58,146 nucleotides of DNA, filler included, from Squatina squatina (GCA_031763465.1; 3 parts of 3 records of this genome joined end to end with filler, not necessarily neighbours in it), one strand, 5' to 3'; shown: positions 24,869 through 39,258, counted from the first letter of the whole stretch. A program made the numbers and translations. Notes: a model not told the origin generated them from the letters alone.

Positions 24869-25012
24869 CCCTTTCCCAAACACTACATAGCATCTTCTGA
24901 CTAGGTTAGTGGGTGGGAAGTTGCTCCGAGGTCTTTGTCGGTGGTGCTCTGCACTCAGTGCAGAACTTACCTGAGTGATTTTTCTTTCTTCCCTCGCACC
25001 ATCTCTCTCTAA
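24869..25012 (+). repeat. Direct repeat copy 2 (about 144 bp)
   Basis: ccctttcccaaacactacatagcatct...atctctctctaa, repeated from 24024-24167. Confidence 0.95.
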
Positions 25013-25073
25013 GCCTGAGAAGTATCTGCCACTTACAACATCTAGCAACATATATATTTCTAGCTAAAATGGG

Positions 25074-25173
25074 NNNNNNNNNNNNNNNNNNNNNNNNNNN
25101 NNNNNNNNNNNNNNNNNTTAATTAATTAANNNNNNNNNNNNNNNNNNNNNNNNNNNNNNNNNNNNNNNNNNNN
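25074..25173. other. Artificial concatenation linker
   Basis: N44-TTAATTAATTAA-N44, with stops in all six frames. Gene content changes from SEPTIN8 to SNX29 across it. Confidence 0.95.
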
Positions 25174-26529
25174 CCCATACCTACCCCCAACAAAGGACGC
25201 AGTACTTGATGTTCAGCCAGTTCGTGTTCCATAAGTTAAGTTGTCAGCAGCTGAGCCACGAACATTTTATCCACTCTGTGTGCAAAGCATTGGCTCCAGC
25301 AGCCCCAGTGCCAACTCTCAGCGAGTGCAAGAACCTTTCAGAATAAGAACATACAGTTACTTACAGTCCGATATTTGAGAGTTCTGTCTGCAGATCTGGT
25401 TAACAGTGTTTTTTGATTTATTTGATTCACAAAGACAATTTCATGAAATGAAATAGCAAGCCCATATATTTCATTTGGCAGACTGTTAGTGGGATTAATC
25501 CGCCTGACTCTGCAGAGTCGGCTTCACTTACATTGCATGGACAAGCTCCTGCCCTATTATTGGGCTGAGCTTGCTGGGATGTGATGGGCAGCAGGTAATC
25601 ACATGCAAACAGCTTTAAGATGCTATTCACAAGGGGTGATGGGCACATTTAGAGGGATGTTGCCACTTAAAAGTATGTGCTCATATCAGGGATTAGCAAT
25701 TTCAAAGGCTGCACTAAGAAATTGTGCAGATGCCTAAATAATGTCCTGGGGGTTAATATTTATATAATTAGCTGCAGGCTGACTGGTGCTTCTGGCACCA
25801 ATATAATCCCAAACAGAAATTGGATTGGATGCCAAATTGGTGGAAATCTGGCTTAATGGATCTCTGCCCATTTTTCCAATTGGTTGCACTCACTTGATAC
25901 CAATTAACCAGGTGCAACAGATCAGACAGTCTACAGTATCAACAGATTATTAAAACTATTTAGATATTGCATCCAATGCTTCCCTCCCGTGCCTCCTCCC
26001 CCCACCCCGTCCTCATTTGACACCCAGACATGCATGCCTCTACCACGGGTTGTTTTCTTCCTAGCTCAGAGAGTTAGGACCATTGTAGTTGAGGTCAATT
26101 GTAGTTGAGTTCAATTCGTCATTGAGATCAGCTCCCTAAACACAGATCAGGAATCAAACTTGGGATCTTTCTGATCTGTGTAACTCAGTAACTTACCACA
26201 CGGTGCACTTATCAACTATTTTCACTTGTGCTGAATCTGCAATGACGAGTTTGCTTGAGAGAGGTGCCATGCCACACAATTCAAACGTAAGCATGCTCTG
26301 TGATTTATTCCGAGATGTGTCTTGATTGGCATCTCCTTTTGAATTCAGCAGATGGTTATTTAAATTTAAAGAAGCCCTTCTTCCTTTTAAGGGCCAACTG
26401 AGGACTCTTCAGAATTAGATCCAAACCGAGAGTCAGAGAATGGATATATTGCTTCAGAACATGTTCATGGTGAAAGAACTGCATTCAATTTATTTTTTCA
26501 ATGCATTTCGGCCAACGCAGACAGCTGTA

Positions 26530-26990
26530 ATGTGTGGTGGTCCCACACTCTGAGGTGAGGGAGTGGTTGATCTGATTAATGGCTGCAGAGGTATTGTGGC
26601 CAAAGTCGAGGCTGTCAGGAATTTGAAAGTGGAGCTGTAAGTGAATTGGGGGAGTACTTTTTCCATGGGTGGTAGCTGAAAGAAGCAAGGTTGAAGGAGG
26701 ACAGGGGATGTGAGTGATGAGGGATACAAGGAGGAAGTTGGAGAAAACCTTGTTCCCTTGATCAAGACCACAGGATTAGAGAGCGCACAGGACATGGCAC
26801 AGTTGAGGGGTCGGAAACTTTATATTGAGGGAAAGGTTTAGAAGGGGTAGGATGGTGGTGAATTCAGCATAGAAAAGTTGAAGTCAGCTGAGGTGGATTG
26901 AAATTGCCAAAGATGAAGGATGGCTCATTGCAGAGGCTGAGGGAAGAAAGAGTGAGGAATTTTCGGGGGAGGAATTTGGGTGGGGTTTGA
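26530..26990 (-). mobile_element. Degenerate L2-clade LINE ORF2 (endonuclease region) fragment
   Basis: Minus-strand pieces such as SSLSLCNEPSFIFGNFN resemble the LLILGDFN endonuclease motif; frames are broken. Confidence 0.5.
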
Positions 26991-27380
26991 GGAATGCGAG
27001 ATGACGAGGAGGCTTTTTTTTTGCATTCTCTTGGTCGGTGATAATGGTAATTTTTTTTCTATTTTGTGGAAGAAATGCTGCTGCAATCCCTGAAATAAAT
27101 AATGAATTTAATTTCCCCACCCCAAGAAACCTAGTATAGAGATTATAGCAAGTTGGTGATATTCATTCAACCTGTGGAGAATATTTCTGCAAGATGTGTA
27201 AAATATCTTAAATCGTACTGTTAGAGTAAAAATGTATAATTTCACTACAACTACTGATGGTATAATGCTGAGGAACTGCAACAACTTGCATAAGTTATAT
27301 AATACTTTTAAATTTTTCTCGCTGTGCACTTGCAGTAGCAGAGTCCTTTGATGTAACAGATGGGACTCCCTTTTTTCCAG

Positions 27381-27509
27381 ATCACTGCGAAACTTACTTG
27401 ACGGTGAAATGGAACATTCTGCAGCGCTCAGGCAAGAAATTGACAACCAGAAAAAGAAACTGGCAGAGCAGGAAGAACGGCATGCTGCCAAGGTTCAGGC
27501 ATTGGCAAG
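27381..27509 (+). CDS. SNX29: SNX29 coiled-coil exon
   Basis: 129 nt; acceptor ttttttccag, donor GTAGGA. Reads SLRNLLDGEMEHSAALRQEIDNQKKKLAEQEERHAAKVQALAR, matching sorting nexin-29 as recalled. Confidence 0.93.
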
Positions 27510-28519
27510 GTAGGAGAGGTGAACCAACCTGGGAGAGCACTTATGGAAAGGGAGGAGGAATGTTGTGCATCATATGCAGCATCATTCTTTGAGGGCTATC
27601 GGGGTACATGCCAGAAAGTTTACTTTGAGTTTACATGTTGCTTTTCCAGTGTGTGGCATGTACATATGGAATTTTGTTAACTGTAGAAAGTGGGAAAGAA
27701 CAAAAAGTTGCCTTTAAGCAAATTTACTTCGAAGTTAAACTGCATTAGTTGAAGGAGTTGTATAAAAACATATCTGACAGAATATGGAATGATGCCTATA
27801 TTTGTATTTGTGTTCATTTGATCTACAAAATATCTGTAAAAGTCAAGTGCGCACTTTCTTGTTCGTCATACTTCCCATTTTCGTGAGAGAGAAAAAACAC
27901 AGATAACCATTTCAGATATGATAGACTGTACTGACTGAGTAGTTATTGTAGTTTTTGTTTGTTTTTGAATTATTATTTGTACAGTGTATTTTTGTAAACC
28001 CATTTTTGCACTCATTCTGGTTTTCGCTCTCCTGCTCCAGAATGATAGCTTAATTGCAGATATTTTACTGATACTCAATGTTGCTGGTTCACAGCTTCAG
28101 CAGATTGTCTCTTATAAGACCATGTTTGCCTTTTAAATGACACAACTTTGTTTATTCAGAATAAATGTATAACACACTGGCTTTGTACCTGACTTGATTG
28201 AATCAGAACATTTTACAATGTCAAGGCAACTTGTTCAATTTTTGCTTTTAGCTGAGTGTTCCTGTCATTCACTGTTCCCGACATTTCCATTTTACAGGTG
28301 GTGCTGTGATGAAAACTCGATTGCAGAGTTGTCACTAAAGTTTTAGGATGGGACCTGAGGGAAAGTTACAAAAGTGACTGTCAGGAGTGAAGACCCAGAG
28401 AAGGCAGCACAGGGGGAATGTTCCAGACCTGGTGGGATTGGAGTTTAGCTGTTTACAAAATAATGTGGTGGAGCATTCTCTAAAATGAGCTCCACTGATA
28501 CAGATACGGTATATTGAGC

Positions 28520-28825
28520 AAAAGGGACTAGGCTTGGGCTGATAAGTGGCAAGTAACATTCTTGCCACAAAAGTGCCAGGCAATGACTATCTCCAACAAG
28601 CGAGAGTCTAACCACCGCCCCTTGATATTCAACGACATCACCATTGCTGAATCCCTCACCATCAACATCCTGTGGGTCCACATTGATTACAAACTTAACT
28701 GGACCAGTCACATCAACACTGTGGCTATAAGAGCAGGTCAGAGGCTGGGTATCCTGTGGCGAGCGTCTCATCTCCTAACTCCCCAAAACTTTTCCACCAT
28801 CTACAAGGCACAAGTCAGGAGTGCG
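28520..28825 (+). mobile_element. CR1-clade LINE RT C-terminal fragment
   Basis: DKWQVTFLPQKCQAMTIS...KLNWTSHINTVAIRAGQRLGILWRASHLLTPQNFSTIYKAQVRS. Confidence 0.85.
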
Positions 28826-28924
28826 NNNNNNNNNNNNNNNNNNNNNNNNNNNNNNNNNNNNNNNNNNNNNNNNNNNNNNNNNNNNNNNNNNNNNNNNNNN
28901 NNNNNNNNNNNNNNNNNNNNNNNN

Positions 28925-29240
28925 NCTTCTCCCTCTCCTCCTCCTCTGACCTCTTCCTCAACCTCTCTGCCTGTCCTCTTTTCATGGCCTCTTCTCCAGT
29001 CCTCTTTCCTTTCTCTCCGTCAACCTCTTCTTGCCTCTCATCCCGACCTCTTCTTTCCTTTCTCTGACTTTCTTTTCACTCTTTTGGCCTCCTTTTCTCT
29101 CTCTCTCTCCCCTGCAACCTCCTTTTTCCCTCTGACCCCAACCTCTTTCCTTTCCGACTCCTCACCTATTCCCTATTTTCCTGACATTCTCTTCTCTCTT
29201 CCCCCCTCCCCCGATGTCTTCCTCCTCCCATGTACTCCTA
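28925..29240. repeat. CT-rich low-complexity tract
   Basis: About 300 bp of near-pure pyrimidines on the + strand. Confidence 0.85.
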
Positions 29241-30892
29241 CCCAACGTTCCCTCCAAGCTGCACAGCCAGGCAGCTGTCTGCCAGTCCCATGCAGCCTGG
29301 GACTGGATTTTCTGAGGTGAAATTTTGCGCATGCGCAGAACTTTGAATAGGCTGTTCAGCCTGTTAAACGGACCGTGCACCCAAATTTAAAATTAAGGGG
29401 AACATTGTTCTTCGCCCTCCTCCCCCAGCTTAAAGCTTGTGTCATTCATTTCAACAGTGCACTTCCTTTAGCCTCTGTCCCTGCTGTGTAATCCACTCCA
29501 CAGACCTCCAATTCTTATGTGGCCCATCACAATACTGTACAGTCCCCTTTCTTCACTTCACCCACTGTATCTTTCCCCGCTGCCTTATTTTAGTCACCTA
29601 CCTTCACTATCCTATCTCACCTATATAACATTAAGATATAAGGCAGTAATTGCATTTGTCGCTTTAGATTTTCAACCACAAATGAAGACTTGAGCGATTT
29701 ATTTAATATTCAGAATTCTGAGATGCAACTGTATATTTGCTTTAGTTTATTATTCTTTGGAATATATCTTTTTTAGCAAGTCTTTTAGATTTGAATTATT
29801 CATTGACAGTATTTACATTTTGTTCTGAAGCTGATTTAGGTCAAATGGTAAGAAAGATGTTAAATGTATTTAGATATCGTAATACTGTTGTGCTTTATGG
29901 TGGAATACAGGGAAATGTAGCTGACAGAATATATTACATCGGGATGTTATTTTGAAATGTAAATGCATCTTGAAACAAAATTGGCATTATGCAGCACAGC
30001 TTGTTATACAAAGAAAAATATGGTGCTATTGCTGAGGGTAGATGGCACAGAGCTGTGTTATCTGAGTTACCACCTTTGGCTCTTGGAACAGAAATTTAGA
30101 AGGTAATGACTGCCCTAACCTGAGCTGATCCAGAACTTAAGCATGTGATGTGAAGCTAAAACAGGAAGGACTATCAGGCCTCTGGCAGATGGTGCAGTTG
30201 GCTGTGTTGAATTTTCAAATGCAGGCTAATGAAGTTGAAGTCTCCAGGGACAATTTCCTTTCAAGGAAAACATGTGGAGGGATAGCTGAACAGAAGTTCC
30301 TTGTTAACATTTGATTATTGATTTCTTTTAAAGATGAAAATTTTACCATTATGCAGAAATGAAAAAACTTATTAAAAATGTGAGTACATAAGCGAGGGCA
30401 TACTTGACTCGTTAGTTTCATTATCATCATCTCAAGCATTCTTGCGCTATATTATTCAAGCTTTTTTTTTTAAAACTTTAACTTGTGAAAGTTCTCAGAA
30501 ATTCTGCAACGTTGTGACATTTTCAGAGAGGCTCCATCAGATGTTAATTAATAATCATCACCATCGTCTTCAGCATCGTCATCGCTCTGCAAAGCTGCCC
30601 GGCAACTCTGCAGCTAAGAACTAGCTTGTTATGGCTGTGAACTGAATGTGGCATGATTTTTATTTTATGGATCTATGCTTTAACACAGGCAGATCAGCAA
30701 GATGTGACAGGAGGGATGTTCAGTTGACTAATGGTTTCAGACCGGTACCTGGTAGACTAGTGTTATATTGCTGACTGTGCATTGGCTGCAGGCCACATTG
30801 AGGTGTGCCACAGAGACGCTGGTGCAGAGCTCTGCTTCTTGAGTTATCATAAGGAGTGTATGAGTGGGTTTCTTACCTCTCTAATATTGGAC

Positions 30893-31830
30893 GGAGGCGG
30901 AGGACATGGGTCTGGTTCTTAATGAATACTTTGTGTCTGTTTTCACAAAAGAGAGGGACGATGCAGACATTGCAATCAGGGAGGAGGAGTGTGAAATATT
31001 AGATGAAATAACATAGTGAGAGAGGAAGTATTAAAGGGTTTAGCATCTTTGAAAGTGGATAAATCCCCAGGCCTGGATGAAATGTATCCCAGGCTGTTAA
31101 AAGAAGCAAGAGAGGAAATAGCAGAGGCTCTGACCATCATTTTCCAATCCTCTCTGGCTACTGGTGTGGTGCCGAAGTACTGGAGGAGTGCTAATGTTGT
31201 ACCATTGTTTAAAAAGGCAGAAAGGGATCGACTGAGTAATTAGAGACATTTTGATAAAGTCGCACATGGCAGACTTGTCACAAAAGTAAAAGCCCATGGG
31301 ATCCAAGATAAAGTGGCAAGTTGGATCCAAAATTGGCTCAGAGGCAGGAAGCAAAGGGTAATGGTCGATGGGTGTTTTCAGTGGGGTTCCATAGGGCTCA
31401 GTACGAGGTCCCTTGCTTTTTGTGGTATACATCAATGATTTAGACTTGAATCGAGGGGGTATGATTAAGAAATCTGAAGATGATACAAAAATTGGTCGTG
31501 TGGTTGATAATGAAGAAGAAAGCTGTAGGCTGTTGGAAGATATCAATGGACTGGTCAGGTGGGCAGAACAGTGGCAAATGGATTCNNNNNNNNNNNNNNN
31601 NNNNNNNNNNNNNNNNNNNNNNNNNNNNNNNNNNNNNNNNNNNNNNNNNNNNNNNNNNNNNNNNNNNNNNNNNNNNNNNNNNNNNTAAGTATATTCAAGA
31701 GGGAGTGAGACATAGCTCTTAAGGCTAAAGGGATCAAGGGATACAGGGAGAAAGCAGGGACGGGCTACTGAAATTGGAAAATCAGCCATTATTTCATTGA
31801 ATGGCGGAGCAGGCTCGAAGGGCTGACTGA
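30893..31830 (+). mobile_element. CR1 LINE reverse transcriptase fragment with internal deletions, plus a 3' tail after the gap
   Basis: LKVDKSPGLDEMYPRLLKEAREEIAEAL...WRSANVVPLFKK, FDKVAHGRL and LFVVYINDLD...DDTKIG; tail attgaatggcggagcaggctcgaaggg. Confidence 0.92.
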
Positions 31831-34800
31831 CTACACCAGAATTAAATAAGACAGTTTTAGTAATTTAAAATGAGCGTAATATATGCCAACTTTGAATAAA
31901 ACCTTGTGCATTGTAAGTAAAGCCACAGTAGATATCACACAGTTCAACTAACTATAAATGGTATAGTAGAATGCATGCATTTATTATTGAAATGGTTTGA
32001 ATTTAAAAATTCATGTTTTAATGTGCAGTACCTAGGTGAGATGGAACATATTGGAACATCAGAGTGCTGTACCATGGAGTGGCAGAAGAGGTTCACTTCT
32101 GTGTTGAATAGATATATGTGAAATTCCCTGTCCCATCCATACTAGTCATAGGAGGTGCTTCCTCACCAGGGAAGAGGGAGATGGAAGAACGTAGTACCCA
32201 GACTACTGTCAATCGCCTCAGTTCCTGTTTTCAGAGCAGTATTGATGGAGTCTGGGGAAAGCCAGCAAACCACTGATTACAGATGTTATGAGGCGTATGG
32301 AAATCAAAAAAGAAGAAAGAGAAAATACCTTTCAGGAGAAAAGTCTTGCCATCAACAACAATAAAATTACAGTGACCAGAGTATATTTTTGTAGTTATTA
32401 CTGTCAGCATCTATTACGGTAGAAGTTGATAAGTAGTGGCTTCACATCTTATTGTAACTGTGTTTTAGCTATAAAGCTATATTATATTTGTTAAAGTTTT
32501 CAAAATATATATTATACTTGATTTTTTAAAGTCACAACTACATGAGTAAGAAGTATTCATGACTTTTCTTTTTAGCTCTGCATTTTTGTTTAACTGTAAT
32601 TACTTTGATCTATTTATAATTAGCATGGCAAACACATGAATTGGATTGAGTGGCTGCAGGTGATGGCATTGCAAAAGTAGAGAACAAAAAGCTGTGCATT
32701 TTTGTTGTTATTTATATTGGCTGTGATATTGAACAAAAGCAAATTACTTTTGCACCATCTGTCTTCTTAAAACTGACTGCAGTAAAAGCCTCATTAAAAC
32801 TCATCCAGATCACTGTCTCCTTCCAGGACAATAGAGATGTGCATTGGCCAGTAAATTGGTATGGTGCCCTAGGCATTACATTAAACAACCTATTTGGGGA
32901 TAGAATTGCTAAATAACATTCCTTTCAAACACACAATAAGTACCACTGGATTTATTTTATAATATCAGTGCCACAGCTAATTTTGCATGACTGTACACAT
33001 TCCCCACCTGCTCAGAGCTGCTTATGGTGTAAAGAAAATGATAATCTCATTCCCACTGACAAAATATTGTTTCATATTAAATAAGAATACTTTAGGGATA
33101 GCCCATTGTACTACTTAGAATAACACATTGTAATACTTAGAAAAGCTACTTACGACAAGGGATCCAAAGGTCTATGGGTAGCTCAGAGAGTACAGCGACA
33201 TCATTATTTTCTCCGAGTCACCAGATTCTGATTCTCAAAATGCAATTTTTACTTGAACTGATTTCACTTTCAGCTGCAGGATCTTTGTTACAGTTGGTGT
33301 TCCAAAGTTGGCTATCAAAAATACTTCTTTTGGAGTTCTGCCAGTACTAATTTGCCTTCCAAGATTTTTGCTCTGATTCCAGTATTGGTCTAAGACTTTT
33401 CTGCCTTGTCCAGTCCCTATTTACCTACATCTGACTCTTCTGCTGTTGTCTGCCAGTTTGCTGATTTCAGTTGCTTCTACCCCAATTGTCCCTCTATATT
33501 GCCATCCCTCACTGGGATGGTCATGGTCTTGACTGGAGTTGGAGAATGTGCAGACACCCTGAAAGGAAGCTGGACTTTTCTCCACACCCTTGATTCTAGT
33601 TCCCCAGCTGGATGACCAGTGATTTGCAGGAAAGCAGTGCATAGGGTGCCTTTAAGGTGGAGAAAACTTACTTTCCAAATGATCACCCAGTCTGTCCCAG
33701 GGTCTTCAAGGTCTCAATGACAATAATCAGTGCCTTCATGACAGAATGCTGTTTTGTGTTTGTTTCTCCCACGGATTTGGAGCTCCCCTGTAGATGGTAG
33801 TGAAGATGTGATGATACTCCACATTTCCATAAATCTCTCGTGTAGGACTGCAGTGATGTCAGATGTGCACTGCTGCACTTAGTCTGCCAGCTGCTGCAAG
33901 CTGCTCATGGCAGACTCAAAGGACATTGCAAATATATTTTGCTGCTGCATTGACTGCCATCTGGAGGCAGGCCCAATAAGATACCAATCATCTGCTTATA
34001 TCGTTGACATATACCACGGGCTCTCAACCTGGCTAAATGCTTCTTCTACCTCTCTTACCAGCTCCACTCGCTCCTCCTCACTTGCGATTTAAAACTGGAC
34101 CTTTCTCAAAGTCACACCCTAAATTCTCTGAGGTGCTAATAGCTGTGCTGGTGCTATGGACAAAGGGAGTGCTTGACACAAACTGTTCTGATGTGCCACT
34201 TGCTGCTACCTGATCTTTGTAAAACTACTTACAAAAAGCAAAGAAGATTTACATTGTATTCCTAAGCCATTTATGCATTTTCTTCAGGATTTCTGCTGAT
34301 ATAAAGTTACAGCAGGAGGTTGGGAGAATCCTGTGGGAATTAAACGCCAATATTTTCAAAGGGGTAAATTTTCACCTTCACCACCTGCGTTCTTAGCTGG
34401 CACAGTGGATTGCCCACCCACTATAGGACCTGCCCGAAACTCATTCCATTGAAATCAAACCAGATTGCAGATAGCCCTTGCAAAGAAAAACTCTGCACAA
34501 GAAGCACAACAGCTGCAGAAGACACCCAAACTACTCTCAATGAAAGAGGAGAGAAACTCTGGCTTTAAATATTATTCTGGACATTTACTATTAAGATTGT
34601 TAAAGGTTGAGTTTAGGTTTATGACACCTGATTTATTGCTATTCAGTTTTATATTTAATAGAGAGATGAGAGATTTGAATAGTAATGAAACATTATTGTT
34701 AATGGGCATTTAAGCTATTTGATCTAAATGGTTGTTAACTTCCATTTAGTATATGGGAACTGTTTTACTGTTCAAGCAATTTAGGTTGAGATTGAAGGAG

Positions 34801-37800
34801 TGATCGGGCGGTTAATAAAGGTGCCAAGTAATTCTCAACCACATAAATAAGATGGTTGACAGCCTTCAGCTGGTGAGCTATTACAAAGAGATGTGCCGAA
34901 GAGGAAGGGTGACACAGTGCTCCAGTGTGTTGGAGCACCAGCATACTGTGCCATGTAATGGGAACACGTGGGTTCATGACCACGGTCAGAGAAATTTCAG
35001 CCTCACCCGTCTGTCACGAGGAAATACTCTCCCCACATGGAGTGAGGAGAATTTGGAAAATCAGTAATCCTTAGAAACAATCATACACATCCTTTCAGAT
35101 CAGCATTGGCAGANNNNNNNNNNNNNNNNNNNNNNNNNNNNNNNNNNNNNNNNNNNNNNNNNNNNNNNNNNNNNNNNNNNNNNNNNNNNNNNNNNNNNNN
35201 NNNNNNNNNNNNNGAACATATTTGGAAACAATGAATGCACTAAAGATAGCTTAAAAATTGGATAACTGGCGCTTCAGGCAATGTTTCTATTCAGAAATCA
35301 TGAATATGGAATGCCGCAAGCTGCTTTAAATGAAATGTTATGAGAAATGAACAGCAACTTCTACTGCAGGCATGCTTATTTTATTATAGATGAAGTGTGA
35401 ACAATTGGAATTGGCCCACGCTTGTGAGTTTTAGGATCTCCTGATGTTTGTTTTCGTTCAGTGCTATCATTGATTCCTTACAAATCTTTAAATTCAAATG
35501 ATATGTGGATCCCTTATCCTTTTAGCAGTATTAACACTAATAGTAATATTTTAAGTCTCTGATGTTTTTGAATCCTAACAATGTTTTAATGTCAGCTTTG
35601 TAAAGTGCAACATTTTTCATGACCTGCTGAAAGTGCCAAATTAGAAATTTTGGAAGTAAATCAGTTCATGAATGAATTGGGGAAAGCGTTGATGAGGCTA
35701 TCCTACCTTGACAGCTGTCATGCATGCAGATCCGAGTCCTATTGTCTTAAGGTTCTCTTAAATTGTTCTGAATGAACTGCATCCTTTGATTACTTTGCCT
35801 GCAAATTGTTTTGCAAATTCTACGCTTTCTCTTGAAATTCACTGTGAATTACTTTATGTCTGTCAGGGCTCACTGTGCACTGATAAATGTCTGGATTCCA
35901 ACAGTGTTTCTGCGTGGACGAGCTGCGAATGCTTTTCATGTCTATCAGGTATGAGTCAAGTTTCAAGCACTAAGAAAAATGAAATGTTATATGCTCACTG
36001 TGTATCTTGTTTGCCCAGCTTATAAAATCTACAAAATTCATTTCATAATCCTTTCTGTTTCCACAANNNNNNNNNNNNNNNNNNNNNNNNNNNNNNNNNN
36101 NNNNNNNNNNNNNNNNNNNNNNNNNNNNNNNNNNNNNNNNNNNNNNNNNNNNNNNNNNNNNNNNNNCCCCTGCCCCCGCCAACTAAGTGCTTTGTTGTTT
36201 ATGGTCCTGAATCATCAACAAAATAATGATCTTTCTGTGAGGTGCTAAACCTTAGCTTCCATGTTGCAGAGCTTGGTGGCAAAAGGTAGAGTTATCCATT
36301 TCCTGCAGATGTTTACATTCTTATCTGTGTCCTGCAGCTCACAGTGACCTTGTCTCAAGTGATTTAGAGTTATTGCAGCTCACTGTGGTTGCATTTTGAG
36401 ACTTGAAAAGGACTTCATAGATCACACAGACTCAAAACTGTGCGCAATCTAAATTTATACATTTTAGGCAAGCTGGAAAAGTTGTCTTTCAGTAAAACTG
36501 AAGAATGCCAATCAAGGACTTTGCATTCAGTAAATCAAAGAAAACTGCATTAATCCAGTATCAGGCTGAAAAAATACTGCAACATAAATACTGAAGCAAA
36601 GGATTACATTTTCAGATGGTTGGTTTCTAGGTTGGAATTTTTCCCTTTTTTAAAAAAAAAATTTGGGTTTGCAGCGTGGGGGCAGTTAAAATGTTCAAAT
36701 TGGGATTCCTGACCTAATCCCGCCTCCAACCCCCACCCACTTCCAGTTTTGCCGGGGCGTGGAACGGTTGGTGGGCAACCAACCCGCTCCCAGAGGGTGT
36801 TGCCCCAATTTAAATATTGTAATGAGGCTGGAAGCCTCATTTTTCCCTATCCATTTTGTGTTTAACTGCCTGTGGACGAGTTTCACAAAATTCGTAAAAA
36901 CCCGGCAGGTAAACACACTGCTGCATCCATGAGGTAAGTGGCTTTATACCTACCTCCTGGATCCTGGGTCCCTGTCTAANNNNNNNNNNNNNNNNNNNNN
37001 NNNNNNNNNNNNNNNNNNNNNNNNNNNNNNNNNNNNNNNNNNNNNNNNNNNNNNNNNNNNNNNNNNNNNNNNNNNNNNNAAACTATGATCATCTTTCATC
37101 TTTTAATTTTCTTGTTCCAGTGAGTATCGTATCTGCGTTAGACTTCTTTGCCACTGAAGTAACAATTCAGCCCAATCCCCAGATTCTAAAAAGTGAATTC
37201 CCTTCTCACATTTCATGTTGTTTTGTCCTCTACATTGATTCAACCTGGTTATCTCCATGCTGCAGGAACAGAAACAGCTATTCATCTGTCTGTCCTAGAT
37301 AAACAAGAAGGTCCCTGGGACAAGTATCTTAAGCTTGAGTTTCTTCAACTTCTAATCATAGAGTAAAAACTGAAATCAGTTCTGTCTTATGGGAGTTAGG
37401 CAATAGAGATCACTGCTTTGATCTGCTGTAAATTATTTTGTGTGTCTATGTATCTTACAATCTTACATTATCTCAAATATATCTGTGAAGGGCCGGATTT
37501 ATTTTCTGGTATCTGTCACAAATAAGTGCATTTTTCCAAAAGGTTTCCACCCTGTGCTGAGAAATATTGAGCTGCTTTCGTGCTATTCTCACTATCCACT
37601 AAGATTGGCAACATTTGCTGGCAGCTCATTTTATCGTGGGACCAAAGATCATCTCCTATGGGTTTGCACGTGAACCCTTGCGGGTGAGAGGCAACAACTT
37701 AAAATTGTCTGTATTGACTGGGGTCGTATTTTGATCAGAGATAATCAGTGTCGGATTTTGAAGTACATTAATGGCAAAAGGCCCATTAAAATTTAAAATG

Positions 37801-39258
37801 TTGACTTACAATGCTGAAATCATCTTTAGTCTGAAGCAAAGCACACTGTTTTAAGTCTTCAAAAAATGAAAGACCTGCAAAGAATCGGAATACCAAATCC
37901 AACCAGAGAGACTTTGATGCATTAAGAATTCAATGAAACTCAGTGTTGTAACCCTATTTATATAGCAGTGAGTTAACAGAGTCATAATTGTGTCTGACAG
38001 TTTGTTTGTAATTATAGTTCAGATTGCAACAGTGCTGTTTCAACCATTGCCACTGTGGTACATTCATTTAGAAAGCCATTTGTGACTGGTCGTCTTCAAG
38101 AATTGATTTAAGGGCAAAGTGATAATGAAAATGTTACCTTTTTCTTAATTGTTGTATTGTCTGTTTATCTACTTTAAAATGTTATCATTTTATATAATTT
38201 ACATAAAAAGATTTTCCCTGGTGTTATCTTTATTTCTAGAAAATATATTATTTAGATTTAGCAATGACATCTAAACTAGAATTCATAATGATCTTAAGAG
38301 CAGCAAGTTCAATTTGAAAGAGATGCAGTGGCTTATCAGAAGGGTACAACTCACTGGAAATTCTTAATTCCTGGCATGATGTGTTTAGCTGTGCCATGTG
38401 TTTGGCATGACAGCTGATCTTAATCCTTCAGGAGGCATGTGGACATTTTTAATTTGTATTCACCTTGAGGCCCAGGGANNNNNNNNNNNNNNNNNNNNNN
38501 NNNNNNNNNNNNNNNNNNNNNNNNNNNNNNNNNNNNNNNNNNNNNNNNNNNNNNNNNNNNNNNNNNNNNNNNNNNNNNGGGGAACCTGTTTTTTAAAAAA
38601 ATACGTATGCCCTGGAGTTAACACTCGACATTGTTCAAGAATACCTGGGCTTCCGGATTTCCCAATCTCCCCCAAGCTTCAGAAACCCCGCCCCAGTAAA
38701 TATCGAAGCTAGTGTTTCTCTTAGTAATGCGAACAGACTGCACTTTTTTTGAGCTTTAAAAATCTAATAACTTTAATCTCACACTGTTAAATTTAACAAT
38801 GTTCACAAGTATGCAGCTATAACTTATTTTTCTATAAGAAGCTGAGATTTTGAAAAGCAATGCCATTTGGTAGTTTCATGAAATTGAAAAATGCCTATTT
38901 GAAAGTGTTAAACATTCAACAATTCCAGTTTTTTTAATGTATGTGCCATTATATTTAAGTTTTGAATGCAAGATGGTGGAAAGCCTTTAGAACTGTCTTC
39001 TCCACCAGGTGTCAATTTCCATTATCTTGAATAAGATTGTACATCATAATAGAGAGTGTAGGCTGTTGTCCTTGAAAAAAGCTTGGAAGTGCGCGCATTA
39101 TAAAGTGATAAATGATCCATGATCCCCTTGTGCTCAGGTCCTTGATGATTGAAGTTGGGAGCTTCACGCTTTTACAAACCATTAGTAGTTGGGTAGCAGA
39201 AAATTATCTCTGTAAACATCAACCTGAGTAGTTACCATTTTGTTTCGTGTAATGGCAG

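Noticed and set aside
25118-25129. Perfect palindrome TTAATTAATTAA, repeated at 41020-41031
   Set aside because: It is centred in symmetric N44 flanks, so it is a synthetic spacer rather than biology.
24575-27509. SEPTIN8-SNX29 fusion or new adjacency
   Set aside because: The exons are separated by the artificial linker.
28562-29320. 252 aa ORF
   Set aside because: It is a CR1 fragment, a gap and a stop-poor CT-rich tract read together.
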